Source: Callorhinchus milii (Eukaryota). From it: 64,000 nt of DNA. The notes under the pieces are model-generated. The model worked only from the letters and a program-made list of their open reading frames with translations, ran no database searches and was not told where the DNA came from. The translations under genes and the position numbers were made by a program. This document shows positions 63,776 through 64,000 of the stretch, in pieces (the stretch's first letter is position 1; every line of letters begins with the position of its first letter). The stretch is from the NCBI RefSeq assembly GCF_018977255.1, contig NW_024704742.1:81966001-82030000 (forward strand), read 5' to 3'.

Positions 63776-64000
63776 CAGTGTGGTAATAAGTCCTGCACAC
63801 TCTGGCGATTTGTGCTTATATTGGGATTTCCATGTTTCAAGTTTTAAATCCCAAATGTAATTAGCCAAATGGGAGTTAGCCAGCTAGTAACCAGAAATAC
63901 TTTTCTTTCTTGCCAACTGATTTCCTGGAGTGGATGGCAGTTCTATATCACATACTCTATTGTTTATAGATCCAAAGGTATGCAGAAGATCTATCGGCAG

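Overview
Eukaryotic, non-coding DNA from a cartilaginous fish, probably a chimaera such as the elephant shark. This is inferred from the repeat content: L2 LINEs with (TTG)n tails, shark-type CR1 3' ends, Deu-type SINEs and a younger tRNA-derived SINE. I found no intact protein-coding gene. The ORF-track hits I could place are broken retroelement fragments, their antisense shadows, or translations of simple repeats, and the remaining short ORFs match nothing I recognise. Most of the window is layered transposon debris: L2, CR1, old L1-clade relics, a probable DIRS/Ngaro RNase H plus tyrosine-recombinase relic, Tigger/pogo-like MITEs and several SINE families. Several nested insertions have readable target-site duplications (TSDs). 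The exception is about 19.9-29.6 kb, which is poor in transposons and rich in tandem repeats. It appears to hold the non-coding 5' exon(s) of an unidentified + strand gene (acceptor ending 22925, donor starting 23179), so the rest of the window may be intron. I see no convincing novel biological system. The best leads are the DIRS relic, the modular SINE family with clustered 5' truncations, a self-nested MITE, and the repeat-flanked putative promoter. All family assignments were made by eye and need database confirmation.
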